From an uncultured Bdellovibrionales bacterium (GTDB lineage Bacteria; Patescibacteriota; Minisyncoccia; Moranbacterales; UBA9337), in assembly GCA_964605525.1 (NCBI GenBank), contig CAZSCV010000002.1, positions 5,888-69,887 on the forward strand: DNA of 64,000 nucleotides, read 5' to 3'. The notes below the pieces were generated by a model. That model was not told where the DNA came from. It ran no database searches and worked only from the letters and a program-made list of their open reading frames with translations. Of the stretch, positions 47,403-57,544 are shown one piece after another (within the stretch, counting starts at the first letter, position 1; every line of letters starts with the position of its first letter). Both the position numbers and the translations under genes were made by a program.

Positions 47403-49922
47403 GTGGAAAACAAAAAAAACAACATAATACCCCAGATGTTTGATGTCCGTCCGGCTTTCAAGGATGGTCGTTTGAATTGGGAAAAAATAAGAAAAGTTGA
47501 AAAAAGCTTGGAAATTTCCGGAAAAAAAAAGAAATATTTTGATTTAGGAGGTAATATCGATGCGGCTGAATTGGGAAAAAATTGGCGGGTTGAAATTGGG
47601 AAAAAAGAAAACGGAGTAAAGATAAAAAGGAGTTTGCGCAGTTTTTTGCCAGAAGGAGCAATTGACAGAAAAATTCCAGGATATGGTTTTAATAAAAGAA
47701 TATCTGTTAAAATTTCCGCTGACAAGGAGATGCAAATAAGCAGACCGCTGACCAGAGTAAATGTGCCTGCTTTAAAAAAAGAAAAAGTAGAACATTGTTT
47801 TTTTCTGGAAAAAAAGGGAATAGTTTCCAAAATTAAAAAAAATGACGGGGGTAAATTTTTCCATCAAGGAGCGGATTCTGACTGCAAGTTTTCATTGCGA
47901 GATTTGTTTTTGCCGTCGCGTTTTTCTTTTGGATTCAGTTTGAAAAAATCTTTACTGGCTTTTACTGCTTCGGGGTTTATGGCAGTTGCAGTCGTCGGCG
48001 GAGCATCTTATGCAGACAAAGGGATGGAGGTTAAAAGTGAAGTTATGAATGCCGGCGATCAAGCCTACGGGAATATGATGGAAGCAATAAATGGAATTAA
48101 AAACAGTGATTTTGAAAGTTCGCTTAAAAATTTTGAGCAAGCGCAAAAAAATTTCAATCAAGCCTCTGATGAGATGGAAGAGCTTGGAAATGCGGTTATT
48201 TCTATTTCGAAATATTTTCCATTTGCATCTAAGCTGTCGAGCGGAAAAAATTTGATTGAGGCGGGAAATCACTTGGCGGTTGCGGGAAAAAATTTGAATC
48301 TTGCGGCGGAAAAAATGTATAAATTTAAAAAAAAATCGGATGAAAACAATTTGCAAAATATTTCTTTGCTGGATATTTTTACCTCAATTCAAGAAGATTT
48401 GAAAGTGGCCGGAGGGGAATTGCAAAAAGCCAGGGAGAAAATAGATCAAGTGAAGTTGGATGATTTGCCGGAAGAAAAAAGGCAACAGTTTGCCGATATT
48501 AAATCAAAAATGATTTTCTTTTCCGGCATGGCGGATGATTTTTCGGAAAACAGCCATATTTTGGTAGATTTGCTCGGGGGAAATGGACCTCGAAAATATC
48601 TTTTTCTTTTTCAAAATAATAATGAAATGAGGGCGACCGGAGGATTTATTGGCAGTTATGGGCTTTTGGAGATTAGCAGTGGAAAGGTGCGGAATTTTTT
48701 TATTGATGGAATTTTTAATCCTGATGGGCAACTTAGGGAAAAAATAGTTCCCCCTAAGCCGATTCAAAAAATCAGCGCCGCTTGGAGCTTGCATGACAGT
48801 AACTGGTTTCCGGATTTTCCGGTGAGCGCGGAAAAAGCAATTTTGTTTTATGAAAAAACTGGCGGTCCGACAGTCGACGGAGTCATTGCAATTACTCCGG
48901 CCGTGATGGAAAAATTGCTGACCCTTGTTGGTCCGATTGAAATGCCAGAATACGGAACAACACTAACGGCAGATAATTTCACGGAAAATACTCAATATGA
49001 AGTTGAAGTTGATTATGACAAAAAAGAAAATAATCCAAAGAAAATTCTTTCGGATTTGGCTCCAATGGTTTTAAATCGATTGACTAGCTCTGGCGATCCA
49101 AAGATTATACTGGGCGCTTTGGACGTATTCTTACAATCTTTGTCAGAAAAACATATTCTCTTTTATTCTCGAAATGATCAGTTGCAAGATATGATTTCCA
49201 ATCGAGGATGGTCCGGAGAAATTTTGCAAACGCAAGGTGATTATTTGAGCGTTATTAATTCGAATATTAACGGATATAAAACGGATGGGGTAGTGGATGA
49301 AAATATCGAGCATACGGCTGAAATTCAAGCAGACGGGTCTATCATTGATACCATGGTAATAAACAGAAAGCATACCGGAGGAAATAGCCAATTTGATTGG
49401 TGGAATAAAGTAAATAGCAATTATATGCGGGTATATGTTCCGCTTGGCACGCAATTAATCGAGATTGAAGGGCAAACTGTGGAATTTGACAAATCCCCAT
49501 TGGACTATCAGGCGCTCAAATTCAATGAAGATCCTGATGTCAAAAAAGAAGAAGAAAATATGCAAATTGATCAAAATAATGGAATTCGAACGTATCAAGA
49601 TGCAGGAAAAACAGTTTTTGCTTTTTGGACATATGTGAGTCCGCAGGAAGAGATTGCTGTTAAATTGAAATACCGTCTTCCGTTTAAGTTGAATTTTGAG
49701 AATGATTATACTAATTCATATTCATTATTGGCGCAAAAACAGTCTGGAAGCAACGGCAGCGGTTTTTCGTCAACAATTAAATATCCGGATGGATATAAAA
49801 TCGAATGGAGTTATCCTGACAATATTGATAAATCAGAAGGCAAACTGAAACTTGATGAAAAATTAGACCAAGATCAATTTTTGGGAGCGGTAATGGCGGA
49901 TGACAAAATAAGCGTGAAATAA
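47403..49922 (+). CDS. DUF4012 domain membrane-anchored protein
   Basis: YLFLFQNNNEMRATGGFIGSY, DSNWFPDFP, VDGVIA, YMRVYVP. Confidence 0.8.
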   Translation: MENKKNNIIPQMFDVRPAFKDGRLNWEKIRKVEKSLEISGKKKKYFDLGGNIDAAELGKNWRVEIGKKENGVKIKRSLRSFLPEGAIDRKIPGYGFNKRISVKISADKEMQISRPLTRVNVPALKKEKVEHCFFLEKKGIVSKIKKNDGGKFFHQGADSDCKFSLRDLFLPSRFSFGFSLKKSLLAFTASGFMAVAVVGGASYADKGMEVKSEVMNAGDQAYGNMMEAINGIKNSDFESSLKNFEQAQKNFNQASDEMEELGNAVISISKYFPFASKLSSGKNLIEAGNHLAVAGKNLNLAAEKMYKFKKKSDENNLQNISLLDIFTSIQEDLKVAGGELQKAREKIDQVKLDDLPEEKRQQFADIKSKMIFFSGMADDFSENSHILVDLLGGNGPRKYLFLFQNNNEMRATGGFIGSYGLLEISSGKVRNFFIDGIFNPDGQLREKIVPPKPIQKISAAWSLHDSNWFPDFPVSAEKAILFYEKTGGPTVDGVIAITPAVMEKLLTLVGPIEMPEYGTTLTADNFTENTQYEVEVDYDKKENNPKKILSDLAPMVLNRLTSSGDPKIILGALDVFLQSLSEKHILFYSRNDQLQDMISNRGWSGEILQTQGDYLSVINSNINGYKTDGVVDENIEHTAEIQADGSIIDTMVINRKHTGGNSQFDWWNKVNSNYMRVYVPLGTQLIEIEGQTVEFDKSPLDYQALKFNEDPDVKKEEENMQIDQNNGIRTYQDAGKTVFAFWTYVSPQEEIAVKLKYRLPFKLNFENDYTNSYSLLAQKQSGSNGSGFSSTIKYPDGYKIEWSYPDNIDKSEGKLKLDEKLDQDQFLGAVMADDKISVK

Positions 49923-50003
49923 TCAACGTGCCTTTTGCTGTTGATTTGTAATGTTAATTATAGTATATTAACTAGGTATTTTTCGGATTAATTAAGGGGG
50001 AAT

Positions 50004-51644
50004 ATGATTCAAAAAATAATAAATAGCAAGCTTTTTAGCGGCTCTCCAGTCGAATCGGTGGCAGGGGCAGCTTTGGTGATTTCGGTGGCCGGAATTCTGA
50101 GCCGTATTTTGGGATTGGTGCGAGATAGAATTCTTGCTTCTCGATTTGGAGCCGGAGATGTGCTGGACGTCTATTATGCTGCTTTTCGTGTGCCTGATTT
50201 GGTATATAATCTTTTGGTTGTAGGCGCGCTCAGTGCGGCTTTTATTCCTGTTTTTACGCGCTTGATTACGAGCAAGAAAAAAGACGAAGCACGCAAGCTG
50301 TCTTCCGGAGTGATAACATTAATAGTGCTTGCCGTGTTATTAATATCATCGATGCTGGCTATTTTTGCGCCACTAGTGATGAGTTTGGTTACCCCCGGTT
50401 TTTCTCCGGAAAAAATGAGCGATGTTGTTTATTTCACTCGGATTATGTTTTTGAGCCCGATTTTTTTGGGGATTAGCGCTGTTTTCGGAGGAATGCTGGT
50501 TTCGTATAAAAGATTTTTGGTTTATTCGCTGGCGCCGATTATGTACAATATCGGAATTATTATCGGCGCCGTGTTTTTCGTCAGAATTTTCGGTCCCGTT
50601 GGATTGGCATGGGGAGTGGTTCTGGGCGCGGTATTGCATATGCTGATTCAATATCCGGCGGCAAAAAAAACCGGATTTAAATACAGCTTTTCTTTAATGA
50701 AATCCGTGTGCGATAAAAATGTGCGGAAAGTAATTGTTTTGATGATTCCTCGCAGTTTGGGAATGGCGGTTAATCAAATAAATTTGCTGGTAATTACGAT
50801 TTTTGCATCGACTTTGGCGGCGGGAAGTCTGGCGGTTTTCAATTTTGCCAATAATATTCAAAGCGTTCCATTAGGACTTTTTGGAGTATCTTTTGCGGTA
50901 GCGGCTTTTCCGCATCTAAGCGGTTTGGCAGGAGAAAAAAGCCGCAAAGAATTTGCCCGGGTATTTTCACGAACTTTTCGAAGGATAATATTTTTTGTGA
51001 TGCCGATGAGTGTGGCTATTTTTGTTTTACGCGCAGAAATTGTGCGTGCGGTTTTGGGAGCAGGTCAATTTGATTGGGAGGATACAGTGCGAACACTTCA
51101 AGTGCTGGGAATTTTGTCGCTCAGTCTTTTCGCCCAAAGCTTGATTCCTCTTTTGGCGCGCTCTTTTTATGCGATTCATGACACAAAATTTCCTTTTTAT
51201 ATTGCGCTGGTGAGCGAAGCGGTTAATATTATTTTGGTAATAACGTTGCTGGAAAAATATCAAGTGATGGGACTGGCGATTGCTTTTTCAGTTTCCAGCA
51301 TTTTGAATATGTTTTTGCTGGTTGCAATTCTCCGGAAGAGGGTGGGGTATTTGGATGATAAAAAGATTGTTTCATCTTTTGTTAAAATCGGACTGGCTTC
51401 GCTTTTTGCCGGAGGAGTTATTCAACTCGGGCGTTATTATTTGAGTAATTTTATTTCTCTGGATACTTTGGCGGAAGTGCTGGTTCAGATTGTCATTTCG
51501 GGAGGAATGGGAGTGGCAACTTTTCTTTTGGGTTGCTATTATTTCGGAATTGAAGAATTTCACGATTTCAAAAAATCCATTCTGGTAAAAATATTCGGAA
51601 TGCCGGCGGACATAATCAAAGATCCGAATTCGATGGAGCAATAA
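50004..51644 (+). CDS. murJ: lipid II flippase MurJ
   Basis: SRILGLVRD..A..FGAG, AFR.PD, GALSAAFIP; many TMs. Confidence 0.93.
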   Translation: MIQKIINSKLFSGSPVESVAGAALVISVAGILSRILGLVRDRILASRFGAGDVLDVYYAAFRVPDLVYNLLVVGALSAAFIPVFTRLITSKKKDEARKLSSGVITLIVLAVLLISSMLAIFAPLVMSLVTPGFSPEKMSDVVYFTRIMFLSPIFLGISAVFGGMLVSYKRFLVYSLAPIMYNIGIIIGAVFFVRIFGPVGLAWGVVLGAVLHMLIQYPAAKKTGFKYSFSLMKSVCDKNVRKVIVLMIPRSLGMAVNQINLLVITIFASTLAAGSLAVFNFANNIQSVPLGLFGVSFAVAAFPHLSGLAGEKSRKEFARVFSRTFRRIIFFVMPMSVAIFVLRAEIVRAVLGAGQFDWEDTVRTLQVLGILSLSLFAQSLIPLLARSFYAIHDTKFPFYIALVSEAVNIILVITLLEKYQVMGLAIAFSVSSILNMFLLVAILRKRVGYLDDKKIVSSFVKIGLASLFAGGVIQLGRYYLSNFISLDTLAEVLVQIVISGGMGVATFLLGCYYFGIEEFHDFKKSILVKIFGMPADIIKDPNSMEQ

Positions 51645-51696
51645 AGAAAAAAACAGATGCCCATCTTCTTGCCTAATCGGCAATTTTTTGAACCAA

Positions 51697-51784
51697 ATAT
51701 AGTTAGTTAGCTGATGTATTAAAAAATTCTTTTCGCTTTCGTCGAATGACGAAAGATTTAATTGGGGCAAATTTATTTTTAAAT
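51697..51784. repeat. left inverted repeat of nuclease cassette
   Basis: reverse complement of 52674-52753 apart from a central hairpin and a few mismatches. Confidence 0.85.
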
Positions 51785-52666
51785 ATCATTTTCAATTAAC
51801 TTTTCAAATGTTATTTTTTCTAAATGCATAAAATCATCGATATCCATAAGAAAAACTCTGGAATTTCTTAGGGATAGCGCACCAGGAGAAAATCCTGAGA
51901 ATGATACCAAGAAGGCATAGTCTGCACTTTCGCTTACCAGCGTGCCAAATAATTCTCTAACAAAGTTTGGATTGATCGGTTTTGCATATTTCTTACATTG
52001 GATAATAATTTTCTTACCATTATGTTGAGCCACGACATCAACTCCCTTATCACCAGAGCCAGGAGTGGCGTATGCTTCTATCCCCATTTTATTAAGATGC
52101 GAAGCCACTTCTATCTCAAACTCTCTCCATGAAAGTAGTTTCCAATAGTCGACTTGTTTTTTCGCGTCATTTTGGATGCAAACCGCATAATCAACAAATT
52201 TTTTTATTGTAGGTGAGAAATTAAGATAAATTTTACTTAACATAGAATGTGTTATCATCATTAAAATAAATCCAGGAAAGAAAAAAGATATTACTAAGCT
52301 TGATAAAAATTCCGTAGATTTTGAGTCATTCATAAAAACAAAGACTACGTATAGACTAATCGCGTATCCAATAAGAACGCCAAATATACCCCAAAAAGCA
52401 TATGCTTTCGCAGTATTTTTTAGATTAATCAATTCAGGCTTCTCTAAATTAAATGTTTTTTGTTCAATAGTGTGATTTGAATTGTTTGATAATTGTTTTG
52501 ATTCTTCATCGATATGTCTAAAAATTTCCAAAGAACAATATTCGCTAATTTTTTTAGCTAAAAATGGATTAATATAAAACTTAGCTACATTATCGCTTGA
52601 TATATCGGAGCCAGCCAAACTTTTTGCCATCAAATATTTATCCACTGATACTTTAAATTTTTTCAT
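51779..52666 (-). CDS. membrane-anchored Mrr-like (PD-(D/E)XK) restriction endonuclease
   Basis: two TM helices, then SWREFE..V, GDKGVDV, IIQCKKY, VRELFG. Confidence 0.82.
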   Translation of the reverse strand: MKKFKVSVDKYLMAKSLAGSDISSDNVAKFYINPFLAKKISEYCSLEIFRHIDEESKQLSNNSNHTIEQKTFNLEKPELINLKNTAKAYAFWGIFGVLIGYAISLYVVFVFMNDSKSTEFLSSLVISFFFPGFILMMITHSMLSKIYLNFSPTIKKFVDYAVCIQNDAKKQVDYWKLLSWREFEIEVASHLNKMGIEAYATPGSGDKGVDVVAQHNGKKIIIQCKKYAKPINPNFVRELFGTLVSESADYAFLVSFSGFSPGALSLRNSRVFLMDIDDFMHLEKITFEKLIENDI

Positions 52667-52673
52667 CTGCCTG

Positions 52674-52753
52674 ATTTAAAAATAAATTTGCCCCAATTAG
52701 ATGCCCGTTAGGGCCGAAAAGAATTTTTTAATATTTCAGCTAACTAGTTATAT
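52674..52753. repeat. right inverted repeat of nuclease cassette, ending TCAGCTAAC-TA-GTTATAT
   Basis: pairs with 51697-51784. Confidence 0.85.
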
Positions 52754-52762
52754 GCGAACTGG

Positions 52763-52791
52763 TTGATTTTTTGGTTTGGATTGGCTATAAT
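52763..52791 (+). promoter_or_regulatory. sigma70-type promoter before integrase remnant / lepA
   Basis: TTGATT-N17-TATAAT. Confidence 0.6.
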
Positions 52792-52821
52792 TTGAATATA
52801 AAATTCTAATCATAACGCCTT

Positions 52822-53055
52822 ATGAATGGAAATTATAAATTTCCAAGCAAGGATCCTATATACCAACTAAAACAAGAAATGAAGTTGCGGAAATTTAGTC
52901 CAAAAACTATCAAATCATATCTTTATTATATCACGGATCCGTTGAAATATTCAAACTGTACAGGAATTGCTGGGGCATGCTAATATTAGAACGACTCAGA
53001 TTTATGCGAAAGTGACCAATCCACGTTAAGAAATATTAAAAGCCCATTGGAATGA
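52822..53055 (+). pseudogene. integron-integrase-like tyrosine recombinase, internally deleted and frameshifted
   Basis: first frame ..QEMKLRKFSPKTIKSY; shifted frame VQELLGHANIRTTQIYAKV; then LRNIKSPLE*. Confidence 0.82.
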
Positions 53056-53059
53056 AATT

Positions 53060-54910
53060 ATGAACAATATTCGAAATTTTTGCATAATCGCTCATATTGA
53101 CCATGGAAAATCGACTTTATCCGATCGGCTTTTGGAATTTACCGGAACCGTGGAAAAGCGAAAGATGAAAGAACAGCTTCTGGATCAGATGGATTTGGAA
53201 CGCGAGCGGGGAATAACCATCAAACTTCAGCCCGTTAGAATGAATTATAAAGAATATGTTTTGAATTTGATTGACACTCCGGGGCATGTGGATTTCGGAT
53301 ATGAAGTTTCGCGTTCGCTGGCGGCGGTGGAAGGGGCGATTTTGTTAGTGGATGCCACCAAGGGAGTGCAAGCGCAAACCCTTTCCAACTTGTATTTGGC
53401 GATTGAACAAGGTCTGGAAATAATTCCAGTAATAAATAAAATTGACCTGCCTAATGCCGAAGTGGAAAAAACCAAAAAAGAAATTGTGCATATTTTGGGA
53501 TGCGATGAAAGTGAAATTCTTTCAGCTTCAGGCAAAACCGGAATAGGCGTGGAGGAGATAATCCGACGAGTGATAGAAAAAGTTCCTTCTCCGAAAGGAA
53601 GCCTTGAAAAACCGTTGCGCGCGCTTATTTTCGATTCAAAATACGATATTTACAAAGGCGTTTTGGCTTACGTTCGAATCGTGGACGGGCAAGTAAAAAG
53701 AGATGACAAAATTTTTATGATGGCGACAGAGCGCGGAACTTCCGTGGTGGAGGTGGGAAGTTTCCGCCCGGCTCTCAAAAGTGAAGAGAATTTGAAAGCG
53801 GGGGATATCGGATATGTGGCAACCGGATTTAAGAGCGTGGAATATTGCCGGGTGGGCGATACGATAACCGCTCAGGGTATTCAAATTGTTAAAAATATCG
53901 AAAACGTTCAAAGTGAAAAAGACCAGTTAAACAGATTGGAACAATTAAAACAGCCTGGCGCAGTGATGGCGCTACCCGGGTACAAGGAAGTGCGTCCGAT
54001 GGTATATGCCAGTTTTTATCCGGTTGAAGGAGATGAATATACCTTAATGCGCGACGCTTTGGAAAAATTGCGCCTTAATGATGCAGCTTTTGTTTTCGAA
54101 CCGGAAAGCAATCCGGCGTTGGGAAAAGGCTTTCGCTGCGGATTTTTGGGAATGCTTCATTTGGAGATTATTCAGGCGCGGCTTGAACGTGAATTTGAAA
54201 TTTCACCCACCATCACAACTCCTAGTGTTGTGTATCGGGTAAAAATCAAAGATCAAGAAACAGAAAAAATAATTTATTCCGCTTCTGATATGCCGGACGC
54301 TTCAATGATTGAATCAATTTCTGAACCGCATGCAAAGCTGGATATCATTACTCCTTCCGGATATCTTGGCGCGGTAATGGATTTGATGACTTCCATAAGA
54401 GCGGAATATAGAAATACGGAATATATTGATCAAGAAAGAGTTTTGCTTAGTTACGAAGCGCCACTTACGGATATTATTGTTAATTTCCATGATGAACTTA
54501 AAAGTGCTTCCTCGGGTTTTGCTTCAATGAATTATGAAGTGATTGGATATCGGCAATCAGACTTGGTAAAAATGGATATTTTAGTGGCGGAAGAAAAAGT
54601 GGAGGCGCTTTCTCGAATTGTTCCAAGAGAAAAAGCTCTTTCGCAAGGAAAATCGGCCGTTTCCAAACTCAAAGATTCTATTCCGCGCCAGAATTTTGTT
54701 ATTGCGATTCAGGCGGCAATTGGCGGAAAAATTATTGCCAGAGAAACAATCCGTCCTTTCCGCAAAGATGTTATTTCGAAATTATATGGCGGAGATGTTA
54801 CGCGAAAGAGAAAATTGTTGGAAAAACAAAAGAAGGGAAAGAAAAAGATGAGGAATATTGGAAAAGTTTCCATTCCGCCGGAGGCGTTTTTATCGGTGCT
54901 GAAGAAATAG
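53060..54910 (+). CDS. lepA: elongation factor 4 (LepA) with ~28-aa insertion
   Basis: IAHIDHGKSTL, GFRCGFLGMLH, KLYGGDVTRKRKLLEKQK. Confidence 0.98.
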   Translation: MNNIRNFCIIAHIDHGKSTLSDRLLEFTGTVEKRKMKEQLLDQMDLERERGITIKLQPVRMNYKEYVLNLIDTPGHVDFGYEVSRSLAAVEGAILLVDATKGVQAQTLSNLYLAIEQGLEIIPVINKIDLPNAEVEKTKKEIVHILGCDESEILSASGKTGIGVEEIIRRVIEKVPSPKGSLEKPLRALIFDSKYDIYKGVLAYVRIVDGQVKRDDKIFMMATERGTSVVEVGSFRPALKSEENLKAGDIGYVATGFKSVEYCRVGDTITAQGIQIVKNIENVQSEKDQLNRLEQLKQPGAVMALPGYKEVRPMVYASFYPVEGDEYTLMRDALEKLRLNDAAFVFEPESNPALGKGFRCGFLGMLHLEIIQARLEREFEISPTITTPSVVYRVKIKDQETEKIIYSASDMPDASMIESISEPHAKLDIITPSGYLGAVMDLMTSIRAEYRNTEYIDQERVLLSYEAPLTDIIVNFHDELKSASSGFASMNYEVIGYRQSDLVKMDILVAEEKVEALSRIVPREKALSQGKSAVSKLKDSIPRQNFVIAIQAAIGGKIIARETIRPFRKDVISKLYGGDVTRKRKLLEKQKKGKKKMRNIGKVSIPPEAFLSVLKK

Positions 54911-54939
54911 TTGACTTTTTTGGCGATAAGGCGTAAGAT
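54911..54939 (+). promoter_or_regulatory. sigma70-type promoter of rplU
   Basis: TTGACT-N17-TAAGAT. Confidence 0.6.
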
Positions 54940-54977
54940 ATCTTTTGTATAACTCGCATTTAATTTATTTGAAAAAT

Positions 54978-55286
54978 ATGTTGGCAATTATTAAAACAGG
55001 CGGAAAACAGTACAAAATTGAAGAAGGGGATAAAATTAAAATTGAAAAGATTGAAGGAAAAGAAGGGGATGTGATCTCTTTTGATGAAGTCCTGTTCGTT
55101 GGGGATGAAAAAGATGTAAAAATTGGAAATCCAATGGTTGCCGGTGCAAAAGTTGAAGGAAAGATTGTCCAGCAAACACGAGATGAAAAAGTTTGGGGAA
55201 TCAAGCACAAGGCCAAAAAGCGATACAAAATGAAATTCGGACACAAACAATTTCGAACTGAAGTGGAAATTACAAAAATAGCCTAA
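54978..55286 (+). CDS. rplU: 50S ribosomal protein L21
   Basis: AIIKTGGKQY, GHKQ. Confidence 0.96.
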   Translation: MLAIIKTGGKQYKIEEGDKIKIEKIEGKEGDVISFDEVLFVGDEKDVKIGNPMVAGAKVEGKIVQQTRDEKVWGIKHKAKKRYKMKFGHKQFRTEVEITKIA

Positions 55287-55305
55287 TAAAAAAACTTTCA
55301 GAATA

Positions 55306-55338
55306 AAAAATACCTTGCAATTTGCGCAAGGTATTTTT
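55306..55338. terminator. bidirectional terminator between rplU and recR
   Basis: AAAAATACCTTGC-N7-GCAAGGTATTTTT. Confidence 0.8.
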
Positions 55339-55339
55339 G

Positions 55340-55930
55340 TTATAATTCTTTTCTATTAGAAAGGGCACTGCAGAGCGTGGTTTCGTCGGCATATTCAATG
55401 TCGCCCCCGGTAGACATTCCGCGACCAAGCCGGGTGATTTTTATTTGAGCGGGTTGAAGTTTTCTTTTTAAGTAAAGGGCGGTAAGGTCGCCTTCGGTTG
55501 TTGGGTTGGTTGCCAGGATAACTTCTTTAATTTTTTCAGTGGCAACCCGCGTTAGAAGCTGGGGAATTTTCAGTTCATTCTTTTCCGATTTTCCGGATGA
55601 TTGCATCGTCCCTCCCAATACATGGTAAAGTCCGCGATAAATTCCCGTGCGTTCAATCGAGATAATATCCAGAGAATCTTCAACAACACAAATAACATCC
55701 TGAACTCTTTGTTTGTCGCGGCAAATGTGGCAATGGGCATTTTCAGAAATGTTGAAACATTTTTGGCAAACTGTCAGATTTTTCAAGGCGAGCAAGCTCT
55801 TTGAAAAGTCGTCCAGGTTTTCTCTGTCTTTTTTGAACAAAAACAAAACCAGCCTTTCGGCCATTTTTGGACCGACAGAGGGAAGGGAAGCAAAATGTTC
55901 AATTAAATCTTTGAATACTTTCGGGTACAT
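55340..55930 (-). CDS. recR: recombination mediator RecR
   Basis: LPSVGPK.AER, C4 zinc finger, ICVVE, YHVLGG, ATNPTTEG. Confidence 0.96.
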   Translation of the reverse strand: MYPKVFKDLIEHFASLPSVGPKMAERLVLFLFKKDRENLDDFSKSLLALKNLTVCQKCFNISENAHCHICRDKQRVQDVICVVEDSLDIISIERTGIYRGLYHVLGGTMQSSGKSEKNELKIPQLLTRVATEKIKEVILATNPTTEGDLTALYLKRKLQPAQIKITRLGRGMSTGGDIEYADETTLCSALSNRKEL

Positions 55931-55975
55931 AATTTTTTAGAATAAGCCTCATAGGTCTTATGTGTCGTATGTTTT

Positions 55976-57337
55976 TTACGTGTGGATTTTTTCCAGGTTT
56001 TTGAACGTGGTGGATTCTTCTTTGAAATACAATTGCGCTTTTCCGAGCGGTCCGTTTCTGTGTTTTGAGATAATCACCTCCACGATATTTTTATTTGGCG
56101 TATCCGGTTTTTCCCGGTCTTCCCGATAAAGAAAGAGCACCACGTCGGCATCTTGCTCGATGGATCCGGATTCACGCAAGTCGGAAAGTTTTGGAATTTG
56201 GGGACTGCGTGATTCAACTGCGCGAGAAAGCTGGGAAAGTGCCAGCACGGGAACGTTGAGTTCGCGCGCCAATTGTTTGAGAGCGCGAGAAATTTCTGAA
56301 ATTTCTTGAACACGACTGTCTCCCTGCGTTTTTCTTCCTTCCATTAATTGCAAATAATCGATAATAATCAAGCCGACACCATGTTCTGATTGCAATCGTC
56401 GCGCCATGGTGCGAATTTCCATAATATTGGCGCTTCCGGCATCGTCAATGTATATCGGTGCTTCACTGAGTGACCCCATCGCATTTCCAATCCGCTGGAA
56501 ATCATCGTTGCCCGCATCACTGCGAAGCCTTCCAGTGCGGAGACGCCAAAGATCAACATCCGCTTCAGCAGCAATCATCCTATCAATTAATTGGTCTGAT
56601 GACATTTCCAGTGAAAAAATTCCTACCGGAGTTTTTGTTTTGGTTCCGATTTGGCGGGCGATATCCAATGCGAATGTTGTTTTTCCAATAGAAGGCCTGG
56701 CAGCTAAAATAATCAAATCTGATTTTTGAAGGCCGGAAAGAATATTATCTAAATCCGTGAATCCGGTAGGAATTCCGCGAAAATCATGTTCTCCTTTGTG
56801 AAGTTCGTCAATGCGATTAAAAGCGCTTTCAAGAATTGATTTGATCGGAGTAAAATCTTTTTTGGCATATTTTTGAGAAACGCTGAAAAGTCTTTGCTCT
56901 GCCATGTCGAGAGTCTTTTCCACATCTTCAGATTCTTGGTAGCCGATTTCAGAAATATCATTAGCGACATTTATGAGGCGACGCAGAATTGCTTTTTTTT
57001 GGACTACCTTTGCGTAATGAGCGATATTGGCAGCCGAAGGAACAGTATTTACCAAAGAAGCCAGATAGCTGGAACCGCCGATGAGTTCAAGTTTTTTGCT
57101 TTCTTCCAGTTTGTTGGAAAGGCTCAAAACATCTATTGGTTCCTTGTATTCATAAAGCTTCAACATTAATTCATAAATAATGTTGTGAGTTTCTTTGTAA
57201 AAATCTCCGACAGCCAAAAAATCCGCCACTTTGATAATGGCGTCTTTGTCCAGCATTAGTGATCCAAGGACTGACTGTTCCGCTTCAATATTATGAGGAG
57301 GAACGCGTAAATTTTCGCTTGATTTTTTTCCAGCCAT
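55976..57337 (-). CDS. dnaB: replicative DNA helicase
   Basis: PPHNIEAEQSVLG, AARPSIGKT, FSLEM, IDYLQL, SDLRESGSIEQDAD, KHRNGP. Confidence 0.98.
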   Translation of the reverse strand: MAGKKSSENLRVPPHNIEAEQSVLGSLMLDKDAIIKVADFLAVGDFYKETHNIIYELMLKLYEYKEPIDVLSLSNKLEESKKLELIGGSSYLASLVNTVPSAANIAHYAKVVQKKAILRRLINVANDISEIGYQESEDVEKTLDMAEQRLFSVSQKYAKKDFTPIKSILESAFNRIDELHKGEHDFRGIPTGFTDLDNILSGLQKSDLIILAARPSIGKTTFALDIARQIGTKTKTPVGIFSLEMSSDQLIDRMIAAEADVDLWRLRTGRLRSDAGNDDFQRIGNAMGSLSEAPIYIDDAGSANIMEIRTMARRLQSEHGVGLIIIDYLQLMEGRKTQGDSRVQEISEISRALKQLARELNVPVLALSQLSRAVESRSPQIPKLSDLRESGSIEQDADVVLFLYREDREKPDTPNKNIVEVIISKHRNGPLGKAQLYFKEESTTFKNLEKIHT

Positions 57338-57544
57338 AAAAAATATTGAATTTGAAGTTAATAAGTGGAAAAATCGATCATCTGTTTGCTTATTATATCA
57401 AGCTGAAATTTAAAATCAATCTCTTGACAATTAAGGGCGATATGTGTTATTCTAGTTTGACAACAAATATTAGAAATCAGCCTGCTTAAGGGCTGTTTGA
57501 AAGAGTTGTGAATTTTAAACAATTTTTTATTTTTAGTTAAAAAT

